A stretch of DNA of 64,000 nt from Candidatus Omnitrophota bacterium. GTDB lineage: Bacteria > Omnitrophota > Gorgyraeia > Gygaellales > Profunditerraquicolaceae. The translations under genes were made by a program, and so were the position numbers. Below are positions 47,455-58,050 of the stretch, in pieces. The DNA is taken from the NCBI GenBank assembly GCA_017992455.1, contig JAGOOP010000002.1:80912-144911 (forward strand), written 5' to 3'. Position 1 is the stretch's first letter. Each line of letters starts with the position of its first letter. Under the pieces are notes generated by a model, which was given only the letters and a program-made list of their open reading frames with translations, searched no databases and was not told where the DNA came from.

Positions 47455-47512
47455 TTTTTCCTCCTGAATTCCGCTTCATGGGACGCCGGCATTGCGCGCC
47501 GGAGTCCGCGGA

Positions 47513-48340
47513 TTATATTGTCGGGATACGCTCATAACCTGTCGGCACGCCCCAGAATTCGCATGTCCGACACAGCGGTGCATCCGTTCTTCTGCCGGCA
47601 ATATGCTGCCGGATCATCGCCTGCCGTTTTTCTCCGTTCCATATGTCGATGAGCGGCGTCGCCGCACAATCGCCGATGATCCCGACCCCTTCGGGGTCGA
47701 ACCTGACGCATGCAGAAACCTTGCCGTCACGGCGTATGACCAGATGATTGAGCAGGTCAAGACATATGCCGATTTCGGGAACGGTGGGATGCTTCGTATA
47801 GTTAAAACTTCCCATCGGCGAATGCAGGATGCGGGTCGCGATAATGCAGCCGAATTTCCGATACGAGCTGATATCGACATTCCCCAGGCACCTGATGATC
47901 ACATTCGGTTTTCGGTCTCCTTTGATCTTAAGGAACCTGTCGATGACTTCGTATTGTTCCCGCGCTTCCTCGTCTTTTTCGAATGTCGAGATCGTCATCG
48001 TTTCAAGATTTCCGATAATGTCATCCGCGCGCTCGACAAGCAGTTTCCCGTTCGTATCGACGCACCGTATCTGCCTTTCGAACAACCGGGCTGCGTCCGC
48101 GAACCGCGGGTACAGGAGGGGCTCGCCGTTGTTATGGAGCTGGACGACGATGCCCGGCGGAAGCTGCGCGGCGATCGACTCTGCCAGGGAAAAATCCATA
48201 TCCCCGTATGAAAGGGCAAGACCGAGATATTCCCGGTCCACCTTCCTCCTGCCGCACATCCAGCAATTCTTATTACACCGGGAAGTCAGCTCCACATTCA
48301 CTGTGGTCAATCCGTTAAAACAGCGGGCCGCGGTCGTCAT
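47513..48340 (-). CDS. Radical SAM enzyme with C-terminal SPASM/twitch-like Cys motif
   Basis: 275 aa. Contains ELTSRCNKNCWMC. The C-terminus reads GKVSACV...GDC...PLCRTCEFWG. Confidence 0.8.
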   Translation of the reverse strand: MTTAARCFNGLTTVNVELTSRCNKNCWMCGRRKVDREYLGLALSYGDMDFSLAESIAAQLPPGIVVQLHNNGEPLLYPRFADAARLFERQIRCVDTNGKLLVERADDIIGNLETMTISTFEKDEEAREQYEVIDRFLKIKGDRKPNVIIRCLGNVDISSYRKFGCIIATRILHSPMGSFNYTKHPTVPEIGICLDLLNHLVIRRDGKVSACVRFDPEGVGIIGDCAATPLIDIWNGEKRQAMIRQHIAGRRTDAPLCRTCEFWGVPTGYERIPTI

Positions 48341-48352
48341 ATCGCCTCATGG

Positions 48353-49324
48353 TCATTTAAACGCATACGGAGTGGGAGCATCGATAGCGGAATTGCGCAG
48401 CTCCCCGTTAAAAGCCTTGATCTGTTTAACGATATCAACACCGACGTTCCTGCTCCAGCGGGAAATAAGCCTCCGGGTAACGCTCCCCATCCCGCGGCTG
48501 CCGATCGCAGCGCCGTTCAGACCCGTCACCGGCAACAGACAGAACGGAGTCCCGGTCATGAATGCCTCATCGGCGGTATAGACATCGTACGGCTCTATAT
48601 TCTTTTCGACACATCTGATCTTGAGCTGCCTGCAAATGGTAAAGATATATTCCCGGCTGATTCCCCGCAGAATATTCCTGCCTTCCGGAGATATGACAAC
48701 TCCGTCTTTGACGATGAAAAAATTGTCGCCCGTTCCTTCCGCGACGAAACCATCCGGGTCCAGAAGTAAGGGCCAATTATGATCGCCCTTGAACATCGAG
48801 GCTTCGATATTCGCCATCTGGTAGTGTATACGGCTGCGGTTCTTTATCTTGGGATCCAGCAAATACGCGGGGATCGCCCGCTGGGAGGTGATGACCGCAT
48901 TGATCCCCGTATCAAACAGGCGACCCATTCCCGCGACCGTCCATTTAAGCGGAAAGTCAGCGATCACGACCGTAGGCTCTAAAACCCCGTCGAACACCTG
49001 CGCGTAAATACCGAGGGGCCCGCGGCTGACATTGATCATGAGACGGTGTTCGTCGGTCGAAGAAAATACGGGATCGTTCCTCCGGACGGTCTCATTACAG
49101 GCGCGTTCCATCTGCGCGATGGTCATCTTCAGAGGTATGCGCAGGATCTTGATGCCCGTGTACAGCCGTTCAAGATGCTCACGGAGCCGGAACTGCTTTT
49201 TTCGAAAAGACCGGGTCATTTCGAATACCATGTCCCCGAACATCAGCGCCGAATCGAATATCGATATCCGGGCATCGGACTCCGGGACGAATCTGCCGTT
49301 CATATATACGAGCCTCTTCTTCAT
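48353..49324 (-). CDS. Fold-type-IV PLP aminotransferase (branched-chain / D-amino-acid aminotransferase family)
   Basis: Trimmed to the ATG at 49324 (ATGA overlap). Contains YMNGRFVPESDARISIFDSALMFGDMVFEMTR and EGTGDNFFIVKDGVV. Confidence 0.85.
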   Translation of the reverse strand: MKKRLVYMNGRFVPESDARISIFDSALMFGDMVFEMTRSFRKKQFRLREHLERLYTGIKILRIPLKMTIAQMERACNETVRRNDPVFSSTDEHRLMINVSRGPLGIYAQVFDGVLEPTVVIADFPLKWTVAGMGRLFDTGINAVITSQRAIPAYLLDPKIKNRSRIHYQMANIEASMFKGDHNWPLLLDPDGFVAEGTGDNFFIVKDGVVISPEGRNILRGISREYIFTICRQLKIRCVEKNIEPYDVYTADEAFMTGTPFCLLPVTGLNGAAIGSRGMGSVTRRLISRWSRNVGVDIVKQIKAFNGELRNSAIDAPTPYAFK

Positions 49325-50217
49325 CGATCCCCCTTTTGAAAACAGGCCGCGAGCGTATCGCAGCACCCGATGGACGCAAGCTGTTTTTCATATGCGTCGT
49401 GGAGCATAGCAGAATCAAGGAAACCCCATACGCTATGGCCGCCGGGCCTGCCGCGCGCGAGCCAGTAGAGATGATTCGACAGCGGGTAACGCTGGACCTG
49501 CTTTATATAGTCGACTTTCATGCCCGCCTGTTCCGCGAGCTTCCCGAGAGTCGGCGCAGTGAAAAGGAACAAATGGCAGCTCCAGTATGTAAATCGGGAA
49601 AACGGCTTATTTTGATACAGCGACAGAAGCGCGTCGTGAGCATGGGGCACTTCAACGACGATCCGGCCGCGCGGCGCCAGACGCCGCGACAGTTCCCGAA
49701 GGGTCCGGCGCGGATCGGGAAGATGTTCGAGCACATGAAATAAGGACACGACATCAAATTGCATCGTCCGGCTCCGTTCGGCCTCAAGCGCTTTCAGGTC
49801 AGGGTACACCGAGAGATTTTGCTCTCCGTAATGGCTTTGAAGGCGCTGTTCAGGCTCGATGCCGCAGGCCAGGCTGCATACGCGCCGCGCCTTTAACAAA
49901 AAACCCCCTGCCCCGCATCCGAAATCAAGCAGCGCCTTGCTGCGCAGGGACGATTCGTAAAATCGAAACCTCCGCTCATCATCGCATTCGGTTTCCCGCA
50001 GCCACGCGTCGACCGACGGCGCCGACGGGCCCTCGCCGTGCATGCGGGAATCAGCGTAAAATGTGCCATGGATATGGCTGGTATCGGACAGGTACACAAG
50101 GCCGCAGGCTGCGCATTCAAACACTTTAAGACGCGAACAATCTCTCACCTTTCCCGGAAGCGCCCTGCGGCGGCCCGAACCGCAGATATAGCACGTATGC
50201 CTGCTGCCCCTATTCAT
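49321..50217 (-). CDS. Class-I SAM methyltransferase with N-terminal zinc-ribbon
   Basis: Trimmed from the 406-aa track ORF to the ATG at 50217; the longer version runs through the neuB-like gene. Contains CYICG...CAACG, LLDFGCGAGGFLL and VVSLFHVLEHL. Confidence 0.8.
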   Translation of the reverse strand: MNRGSRHTCYICGSGRRRALPGKVRDCSRLKVFECAACGLVYLSDTSHIHGTFYADSRMHGEGPSAPSVDAWLRETECDDERRFRFYESSLRSKALLDFGCGAGGFLLKARRVCSLACGIEPEQRLQSHYGEQNLSVYPDLKALEAERSRTMQFDVVSLFHVLEHLPDPRRTLRELSRRLAPRGRIVVEVPHAHDALLSLYQNKPFSRFTYWSCHLFLFTAPTLGKLAEQAGMKVDYIKQVQRYPLSNHLYWLARGRPGGHSVWGFLDSAMLHDAYEKQLASIGCCDTLAACFQKGDR

Positions 50218-51058
50218 GAGATTCCCAGGGAATATGCGCCCGGAGTTTTTTTGCGATCGGGACCTCTTTTTCGTGGATCGATATCTTTCCATCTCCGATC
50301 GCCTTTTCGATCTTGCGGACAGCGCCGACAAGCATATAAAGGCCCATGGGCTCGATCGACGCTGCCTGATCGGACCCGTACATGGCGCGATCCAGAGTAA
50401 TATGCCGCTCCAAAGAGCTGATACCGAATGCCGCGGCAGCATATGAGACAGAAAGGCCCACCTCATGGCCGCTATATCCGACATCGCACTTATAGCGTTC
50501 ACGCAGCGTCGTGATGCATTTGAGATTCGCATCCTCGTCATCCATGGGATAGGTCGATTTGCAATGCATTAATTCAAAAGGGCATTTCGCCTGGCGAAAT
50601 ATCTCCACGGCCCGGTCGATATGCTTAAGCTCGCTCATCCCCGTGGAAATAAACGTGTGTTTTTTTTCCTGCGCCACTGCTTTCAGGAACGGCTCGTGGA
50701 CAAGCATCGCGGAAGCGACCTTATTGAACCGCGTGCCGTACGACTTGAGGAACTGAAGACTCTCCATGTCCCATGCGGACGCAAACCAGATCATGTTCTT
50801 TTCCCTGCAGTACCGGTCTAGCTCGTCGTATTCGGGCTTTCCGAACTCAAGCCCCTCCTTCTGCGCCCGCGTCGTCGTGCCCCATGGGCTCTGCCGCGGC
50901 GTATCGAGCACCTCTTTCGAATAAACCAGATTCACGGTCCTCTTCTGGAACTTCACGGCGTCACAGCCGGCGAAAACAGCGGCGTCAATGAGTTTCTTGG
51001 CAATATGCACGTCCCCGTTATGATTGATCCCGATCTCTGCAATTATAAAAATCGACAC
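50210..51058 (-). CDS. NeuB-family nonulosonic/ulosonic acid synthase, short form without SAF domain
   Basis: 282 aa. GTG start with AAGGAGG 7 nt upstream. Contains IFIIAEIGINHNGDV, VKFQKR, ISTGMS and GYSGHE. The protein ends right after the TIM barrel. Confidence 0.8.
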   Translation of the reverse strand: MSIFIIAEIGINHNGDVHIAKKLIDAAVFAGCDAVKFQKRTVNLVYSKEVLDTPRQSPWGTTTRAQKEGLEFGKPEYDELDRYCREKNMIWFASAWDMESLQFLKSYGTRFNKVASAMLVHEPFLKAVAQEKKHTFISTGMSELKHIDRAVEIFRQAKCPFELMHCKSTYPMDDEDANLKCITTLRERYKCDVGYSGHEVGLSVSYAAAAFGISSLERHITLDRAMYGSDQAASIEPMGLYMLVGAVRKIEKAIGDGKISIHEKEVPIAKKLRAHIPWESHE

Positions 51059-51062
51059 CCGA

Positions 51063-53765
<2,703 letters not shown>

Positions 53766-53884
53766 GCTTTTCTTTCGTGCGCACAGGCGAGCTTTTCGCT
53801 TTATTGCGCATTAATACCCGTTCGGCTGCAAGGGTATTATGATTAATTTTATGATTTTTTATTTTATCACAATTCTATTCTCTG
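53766..53884 (-). promoter_or_regulatory. AT-rich non-coding gap between the peptidase gene and gmd; candidate terminator/promoter region
   Basis: A 119-nt AT-rich non-coding gap, one of only three gaps over 100 nt in the window. It contains an 8-bp stem (53812-53819 / 53832-53839) and, on the minus strand, TTGTGA...TAAAAT-like hexamers with sub-optimal spacing. The evidence is weak. Confidence 0.3.
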
Positions 53885-55717
53885 TCAAGAGGTTAGGACA
53901 AATCGGGACAAAATTTCCTGCCTGATTTTAACCAGGGATCCAGGGCGCTCGATCAGGTCGGTCGCGCTCCAGGCATCGGAACAGAATCTTTGCATATACG
54001 CGTACGGCAGGAAGCCGTACCCTTGCTTCGCCCAGGCCTTTCCCCATGAATTCTTGAACGTGAACGAACCCTTGCCGTCATCATACCCGGTGATGCATAC
54101 CGCGTGGCCGCCGAGCGCTTCCTCGCCTTTTGCGGGCATGGGGATCATGCCGGTCCTTTCGACTGACTTAGTGAACCATGACTCATACACCAAGACCCCC
54201 GCAAGGAACGGCCCGTTCACATAAAGGCTGCGCTTCATCTCCGACAAAGACGAAAGTCTCGCATAGGCCTTGATCCGGTAGATCTTTGCTTTTGTGTCCG
54301 CGCCCTTTTTGTATTTGTCGGTCTGATAGGGCTTATACGGCCAGTAAGACTCAGGGCACACGCCGTGCTTAAGCAGCATTTTCATGGCAATGCGCGGATA
54401 CGTGCCTTCCTCGCCCGGAATGCCGTCGTATTGTTTGCACAGGCTGTACACATATCGGGGGGATAGAGACATGGTCTTCTTATATTCTTTCGTGTCCTCG
54501 TATTCCTTGACTCCGACAACGCTCGCGAACGCGACACAATTCCCGGAAATTAACACTTTGCCATTACGCCGCGTTACTAATAATGAATTGGGCACAGTTG
54601 CGCAATAAACCGTCCCCTTGTACGACTTCGTATAAATTTGTTTTTTTCTGTCTATAGATGACTGTGAAGTTCTCCATACGGAGACAACAAAACCGTTGCC
54701 GCAATTTTTAGCCCTTATCCATCTCCGGTTATATATCAATTTATCCCGCGCCGGCCTTATTCTGATAGAGGAGTTTTTTCCTGTTTTAAAAACCAATTCC
54801 TGCAAATCATCAGCCATTCTCTTACTGCGCGTATAATACCAAATTCGGCCATCATGCGTTTTATGACCATCTCCTAACATAAAAAAATCAAGAAAGACTT
54901 GGATTTGCGAGGTTGGAGCATTTTTGACAAAGTCTGGAATAAATTTATTGCGCGAACCATTCACGGAATATATTTTTAAAAAATTATATAACTCTTTATC
55001 GTAAACGATAAAATAGCCCTGTCTACTTGGTTGCTCCTTAAAATTAAAAGGCAGTTTTCTTATTAACGTGCAAACAGAATCATAATATTCTTTTTTAAAG
55101 CAGCATACTCCGACGCAATATCCATAACGCGATGATTTTCTTCTTCTCACCCAGCCATCAGACAAAAAAATACCCAGAAACTTAAAGAAATCATCACCGT
55201 TAACCATCTTATTCCCTATTTTTATTTTTTTTACATATTTGCCATCGAATTTATTAGGAGCACTCAACAATCCTGAATACCAGGTTAAATCCTTAATTTT
55301 AATAAATTCGTACCTGGACGACAAGACACAACCTATATTGTCAAATTTTCTTACAAACATTCTGTGATCGGGGGTCACAGCGAAATCAAGGTGCACATTG
55401 GAAGAACAGTATAAGTCGCCGTTAAACTCGTATGAATGCAATTGAGAGGACATTTCATATTCCAAGTTAAAAGTATTTGGGTTGATGGTTGCAAGTTCAT
55501 CTTTATAATTGATTGCAGGGAATAATTTCCAGCCATTTCTTGTCAAAATTTCAGTGTCTGCTGAATGACAGGTCCCTTCATCGCCCTGGTCCCGGACAGG
55601 GGTCATACTCCTGGTATAATCCACTTTGCCCGGGACCCGGATCTCCGGCAACACAAAACCCATGGGGATATCCCGCAGGTCAACCGGGTCTTTGCGGCAG
55701 CCGAGCGCATAGATCAT
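53885..55717 (-). CDS. Papain-family (C1) cysteine peptidase precursor interrupted by an intein (266-aa peptidase after excision of 344 aa)
   Basis: ATG at 55717 with AGGAG 7 nt upstream; the track ORF starts 17 codons earlier, inside the SemiSWEET gene. The N-extein ends ...VRDQGDEGT and the C-extein starts CVAFASVVG. The C-extein carries GGHAVCITGYDD and FKNSWGKAWAKQGYG (the His and Asn/Trp blocks of C1 peptidases). There is no signal peptide. Confidence 0.88.
   Translation of the reverse strand: MIYALGCRKDPVDLRDIPMGFVLPEIRVPGKVDYTRSMTPVRDQGDEGTCHSADTEILTRNGWKLFPAINYKDELATINPNTFNLEYEMSSQLHSYEFNGDLYCSSNVHLDFAVTPDHRMFVRKFDNIGCVLSSRYEFIKIKDLTWYSGLLSAPNKFDGKYVKKIKIGNKMVNGDDFFKFLGIFLSDGWVRRRKSSRYGYCVGVCCFKKEYYDSVCTLIRKLPFNFKEQPSRQGYFIVYDKELYNFLKIYSVNGSRNKFIPDFVKNAPTSQIQVFLDFFMLGDGHKTHDGRIWYYTRSKRMADDLQELVFKTGKNSSIRIRPARDKLIYNRRWIRAKNCGNGFVVSVWRTSQSSIDRKKQIYTKSYKGTVYCATVPNSLLVTRRNGKVLISGNCVAFASVVGVKEYEDTKEYKKTMSLSPRYVYSLCKQYDGIPGEEGTYPRIAMKMLLKHGVCPESYWPYKPYQTDKYKKGADTKAKIYRIKAYARLSSLSEMKRSLYVNGPFLAGVLVYESWFTKSVERTGMIPMPAKGEEALGGHAVCITGYDDGKGSFTFKNSWGKAWAKQGYGFLPYAYMQRFCSDAWSATDLIERPGSLVKIRQEILSRFVLTS
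54539..55570 (-). mobile_element. Intein (344 aa) with an embedded LAGLIDADG homing-endonuclease domain
   Basis: Cys1 codon TGT at 55570-55568. Block A is CHSADTEILTRNGW. Block B is VTPDHRMFV (TxxH). The LAGLIDADG motifs are FFKFLGIFLSDGWV and VFLDFFMLGDGHK. Block F/G is VYCATVPNSLLVTRRNGKVLISGN, ending with the Asn codon AAT at 54541-54539. It is followed by the +1 Cys codon (TGT) at 54538-54536. The DNA is visibly more AT-rich than the flanks. Confidence 0.85.
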
Positions 55718-55727
55718 GGCAGTACTC

Positions 55728-55982
55728 CTATTTTTTATAGCGAAAATACAGGATGAACGCAGCAGCAAGGACCAGGAGAGTCACGGTATTGGCGCTGATG
55801 ATGACGATGTTCTTCAGATGCACTCCGTACGACACCCACAGGGATATCCCCACCGCGAACTGGATGAGCGCGAGCAGGCTGATATCCTGCACTGACTTTG
55901 TCTTATATATCTTTATCACCTGCGGAACGAACCCGAACGACGTCAAAAGCGCTGCGCCAAACCCCACGATTTCCCAGTACAT
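55728..55982 (-). CDS. SemiSWEET (PQ-loop) sugar transporter, 3-TM half-transporter
   Basis: 84 aa with three TM helices and a PQ motif in TM1 (SFGFVPQVIKIYKTKSVQDIS). It closely resembles characterised bacterial SemiSWEETs. Confidence 0.88.
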   Translation of the reverse strand: MYWEIVGFGAALLTSFGFVPQVIKIYKTKSVQDISLLALIQFAVGISLWVSYGVHLKNIVIISANTVTLLVLAAAFILYFRYKK

Positions 55983-56000
55983 GCGATTCCCTTTCGTTTA

Positions 56001-57014
56001 TTAAAACGGTATGGTGACCCCTGCGTCGACGCTTCGTTCCCGCGCGGTCTTTTTCAAACGAATAAAAAGATCAGCGTCCAGCTTTGCGAGAAAGCGACGC
56101 GTGAATATAAGCCTGCCGCCCAGATCTTCTCCCTGCGCGCCGATCAGAGCGGCTTCCATGCGGTCCTTTTTGCTCACATCGAACCGGCAGCCGAATTCAA
56201 GCGAACACACCCTGCCTTTTTCATATTCCATTTCAAAGCTGGGCGCGAGCTTCCTGCCGATCTTCCACTGCCCGTACAGGCAAATGATCGTCGGATGGCC
56301 TTTCCTGCTTTGCCGCACGCCGGTTCCGAGCCGGTATTTTATAACGCCGGCTTGCGGATAAATATTCGGGGTTTCAAGATGCGCCCTGAGATCAAAGCGC
56401 GAAGCCGAGCCTTTTCGCAGAACATATGAGATCCTGTTCGATGCGCTGACCTGCCAGGAGCCGGTGAATTCGACAATCGATATGGTTTTATCCCTTCGCG
56501 CGAGATCATATTTTTCAGCGGTATAGGTTATCTGCTGGTTATCGTTGACCGACCACGTTCCCGAAAGCGTCAAAACGTCAGGCCGGTCTTTTTTCGCAAC
56601 AGAGAAAATGATGCGGTTTGCGTCATCCGAACCCCACGCACCGGTCAAACGCAGCAGCCGGCTGTGTATATTCCCTCTTGTATCGAGCGAACGGGATTCG
56701 AATATAAGCGCGTTCTCCTGGGCTGAAATAATCCTGCCGATTAAGGTAATACGGGATACGCCGGAAAGCGCTTCAGGCATGTATGACGCTTTGGAAACAG
56801 ATAATTGAAGGTCGTCCTGCCCGGTCAGCTTCCAGGAGCCGGTAAACGCGATCTTTGAAGGAAGGTTGTGAACCCAGCGCCACGCAGGCGGGCTGTTAAG
56901 CCAGTACTCAAGGCCATTGCCGGCGCTTACGCGGAACGCGCCGTTGACGTAGACAGTCTTGCCTGCGCGCGTAATGCGCAGGCGGTTGGTTTTGGGGTCT
57001 GATGAATATTTCAC
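56001..57014 (-). CDS. Uncharacterised repeat protein (five or more copies of a hydrophobic-x-[FL]-[TSY]-G-x-W ... N/D-x-[LI]-x-[FY] unit)
   Basis: 337 aa, GTG start. The repeats are KIAFTGSWKLTGQDDLQLSV, LLRLTGAWGSDDANRIIFSV, VLTLSGTWSVNDNQQITYTA, IVEFTGSWQVSASNRISYVL and IICLYGQWKIGRKLAPSFEM, plus a degenerate VNGAFRVSAGNGLEYWL. There is no signal peptide or TM span. Confidence 0.6.
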   Translation of the reverse strand: MKYSSDPKTNRLRITRAGKTVYVNGAFRVSAGNGLEYWLNSPPAWRWVHNLPSKIAFTGSWKLTGQDDLQLSVSKASYMPEALSGVSRITLIGRIISAQENALIFESRSLDTRGNIHSRLLRLTGAWGSDDANRIIFSVAKKDRPDVLTLSGTWSVNDNQQITYTAEKYDLARRDKTISIVEFTGSWQVSASNRISYVLRKGSASRFDLRAHLETPNIYPQAGVIKYRLGTGVRQSRKGHPTIICLYGQWKIGRKLAPSFEMEYEKGRVCSLEFGCRFDVSKKDRMEAALIGAQGEDLGGRLIFTRRFLAKLDADLFIRLKKTARERSVDAGVTIPF

Positions 57015-57036
57015 CGTGGCTGATACCTGATTATGA

Positions 57037-57999
57037 TCAGTGAACCGGCTCTGTGCGGATCGTGCGTTCGTCTATTTCCGACCTGAACCACGCAATAGTC
57101 CGCTTCAAACCATCGTCCAGGCTGACATGAGGCTCCCATTTCAAAAGCTTGCGCGCCTTTGAAAGGTCAGGCCTACGTTGTTTGGGGTCGTCTTTTGGAA
57201 GCGGCAAATACACGATCCTGGACCGCGACCGGGTCAGTTTAATGACTTTTTTTGCAAGTTCCAGCACCGTAAATTCATAGGTCGTGCCCAGATTCAAGGG
57301 TCCGGTATGCTTCGCTTTCATGAAGCGGCATATGCCTTCAACGAGATCGTCAACATAACAGAACGAGCGGGTATACGAACCCTTCCCGTACACCGTGAGA
57401 TCTTTGCCCGTCAACGCCTGATACACGAAGTTCGAAATAACGCGGCCGTCGTCAAAGCGCATGCGCGGGCCGTATGTGTTGAATATGCGCACCACCCGGA
57501 TGTCGATTCTATGCTCCCTCCAGTACGCAAAGGTCATCGCCTCTGCGGCGCGTTTGCTTTCGTCATAACAGGAGCGCTCGCCGATCGGGTTCACATGGCC
57601 CCAGTATGACTCCGGCTGCGGATTCACCTTCGGATCGCCGTAGACCTCGGATGTGGAAGCGAGAAAGAATTTCGCCTTTTTTTCTTTTGCGATGCCCAGG
57701 CATGTATGTGTGCCGAGCGTCCCGACCTTGACCGTTTTGATGGGGTTCTTGAGATAATCCTTCGGGGACGCGGGAGAAGCGAAATGCATGACCCAATCGA
57801 CCTTGCCGGGTATATACAGGGTCTTGGTGATATCGTGCTTGATCAGGCTGAATCGCTTATTGTTGTCCAGGTCACGGATATTGTCATAGCTTCCGGTGAT
57901 GAAATTGTCAACGCAGATAACGCGGTGGCCGTCTTTGAGGAACCTGCGGCACAGATGGGAACCGAGAAACCCTGCGCCTCCGGTCAGCAAAATATTCAT
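57037..57999 (-). CDS. uxs: UDP-glucuronate decarboxylase (UDP-xylose synthase)
   Basis: 320 aa. Contains [52 protein letters not shown] and DGRVISNF. Confidence 0.9.
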   Translation of the reverse strand: MNILLTGGAGFLGSHLCRRFLKDGHRVICVDNFITGSYDNIRDLDNNKRFSLIKHDITKTLYIPGKVDWVMHFASPASPKDYLKNPIKTVKVGTLGTHTCLGIAKEKKAKFFLASTSEVYGDPKVNPQPESYWGHVNPIGERSCYDESKRAAEAMTFAYWREHRIDIRVVRIFNTYGPRMRFDDGRVISNFVYQALTGKDLTVYGKGSYTRSFCYVDDLVEGICRFMKAKHTGPLNLGTTYEFTVLELAKKVIKLTRSRSRIVYLPLPKDDPKQRRPDLSKARKLLKWEPHVSLDDGLKRTIAWFRSEIDERTIRTEPVH

Positions 58000-58050
58000 C
58001 GTATATCCTCTCCGTAAAGGATCGTTCTTTGTATCGCGAGCGCGATGCGC

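Noticed and set aside
47455-47512. 58-nt gap upstream of pseB with a 5-bp ccggc/gccgg hairpin
   Set aside because: The stem is too short to support a terminator or riboswitch call. The clear feature here is the AGGAGG ribosome-binding site of pseB.
49321-50541. Track ORF of 406 aa extending the methyltransferase through the neuB-like gene; comparable 5' extensions at 1868-2626, 19007-20647, 23337-24047, 41229-43061, 45317-46597, 48353-49366 and 53885-55768
   Set aside because: The extensions overlap the 3' ends of upstream genes and encode motif-less sequence. Internal ATGs lie at ATGA or near-abutting junctions, several with Shine-Dalgarno sequences. I trimmed the genes to those starts.
53812-53839. 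8-bp stem / 12-nt loop hairpin as an intrinsic terminator after the peptidase gene
   Set aside because: The stem is short and AT-rich and has no trailing U-tract on the minus strand. I only noted it within the AT-rich gap feature, at low confidence.
56001-57014. Outer-membrane beta-barrel interpretation of the GxW-repeat protein, based on its C-terminal ...GVTIPF ending in Phe and its beta-rich repeats
   Set aside because: There is no signal peptide. There is also no room for one, because uxs ends 22 nt upstream of the start. I left the protein as an uncharacterised soluble repeat protein.
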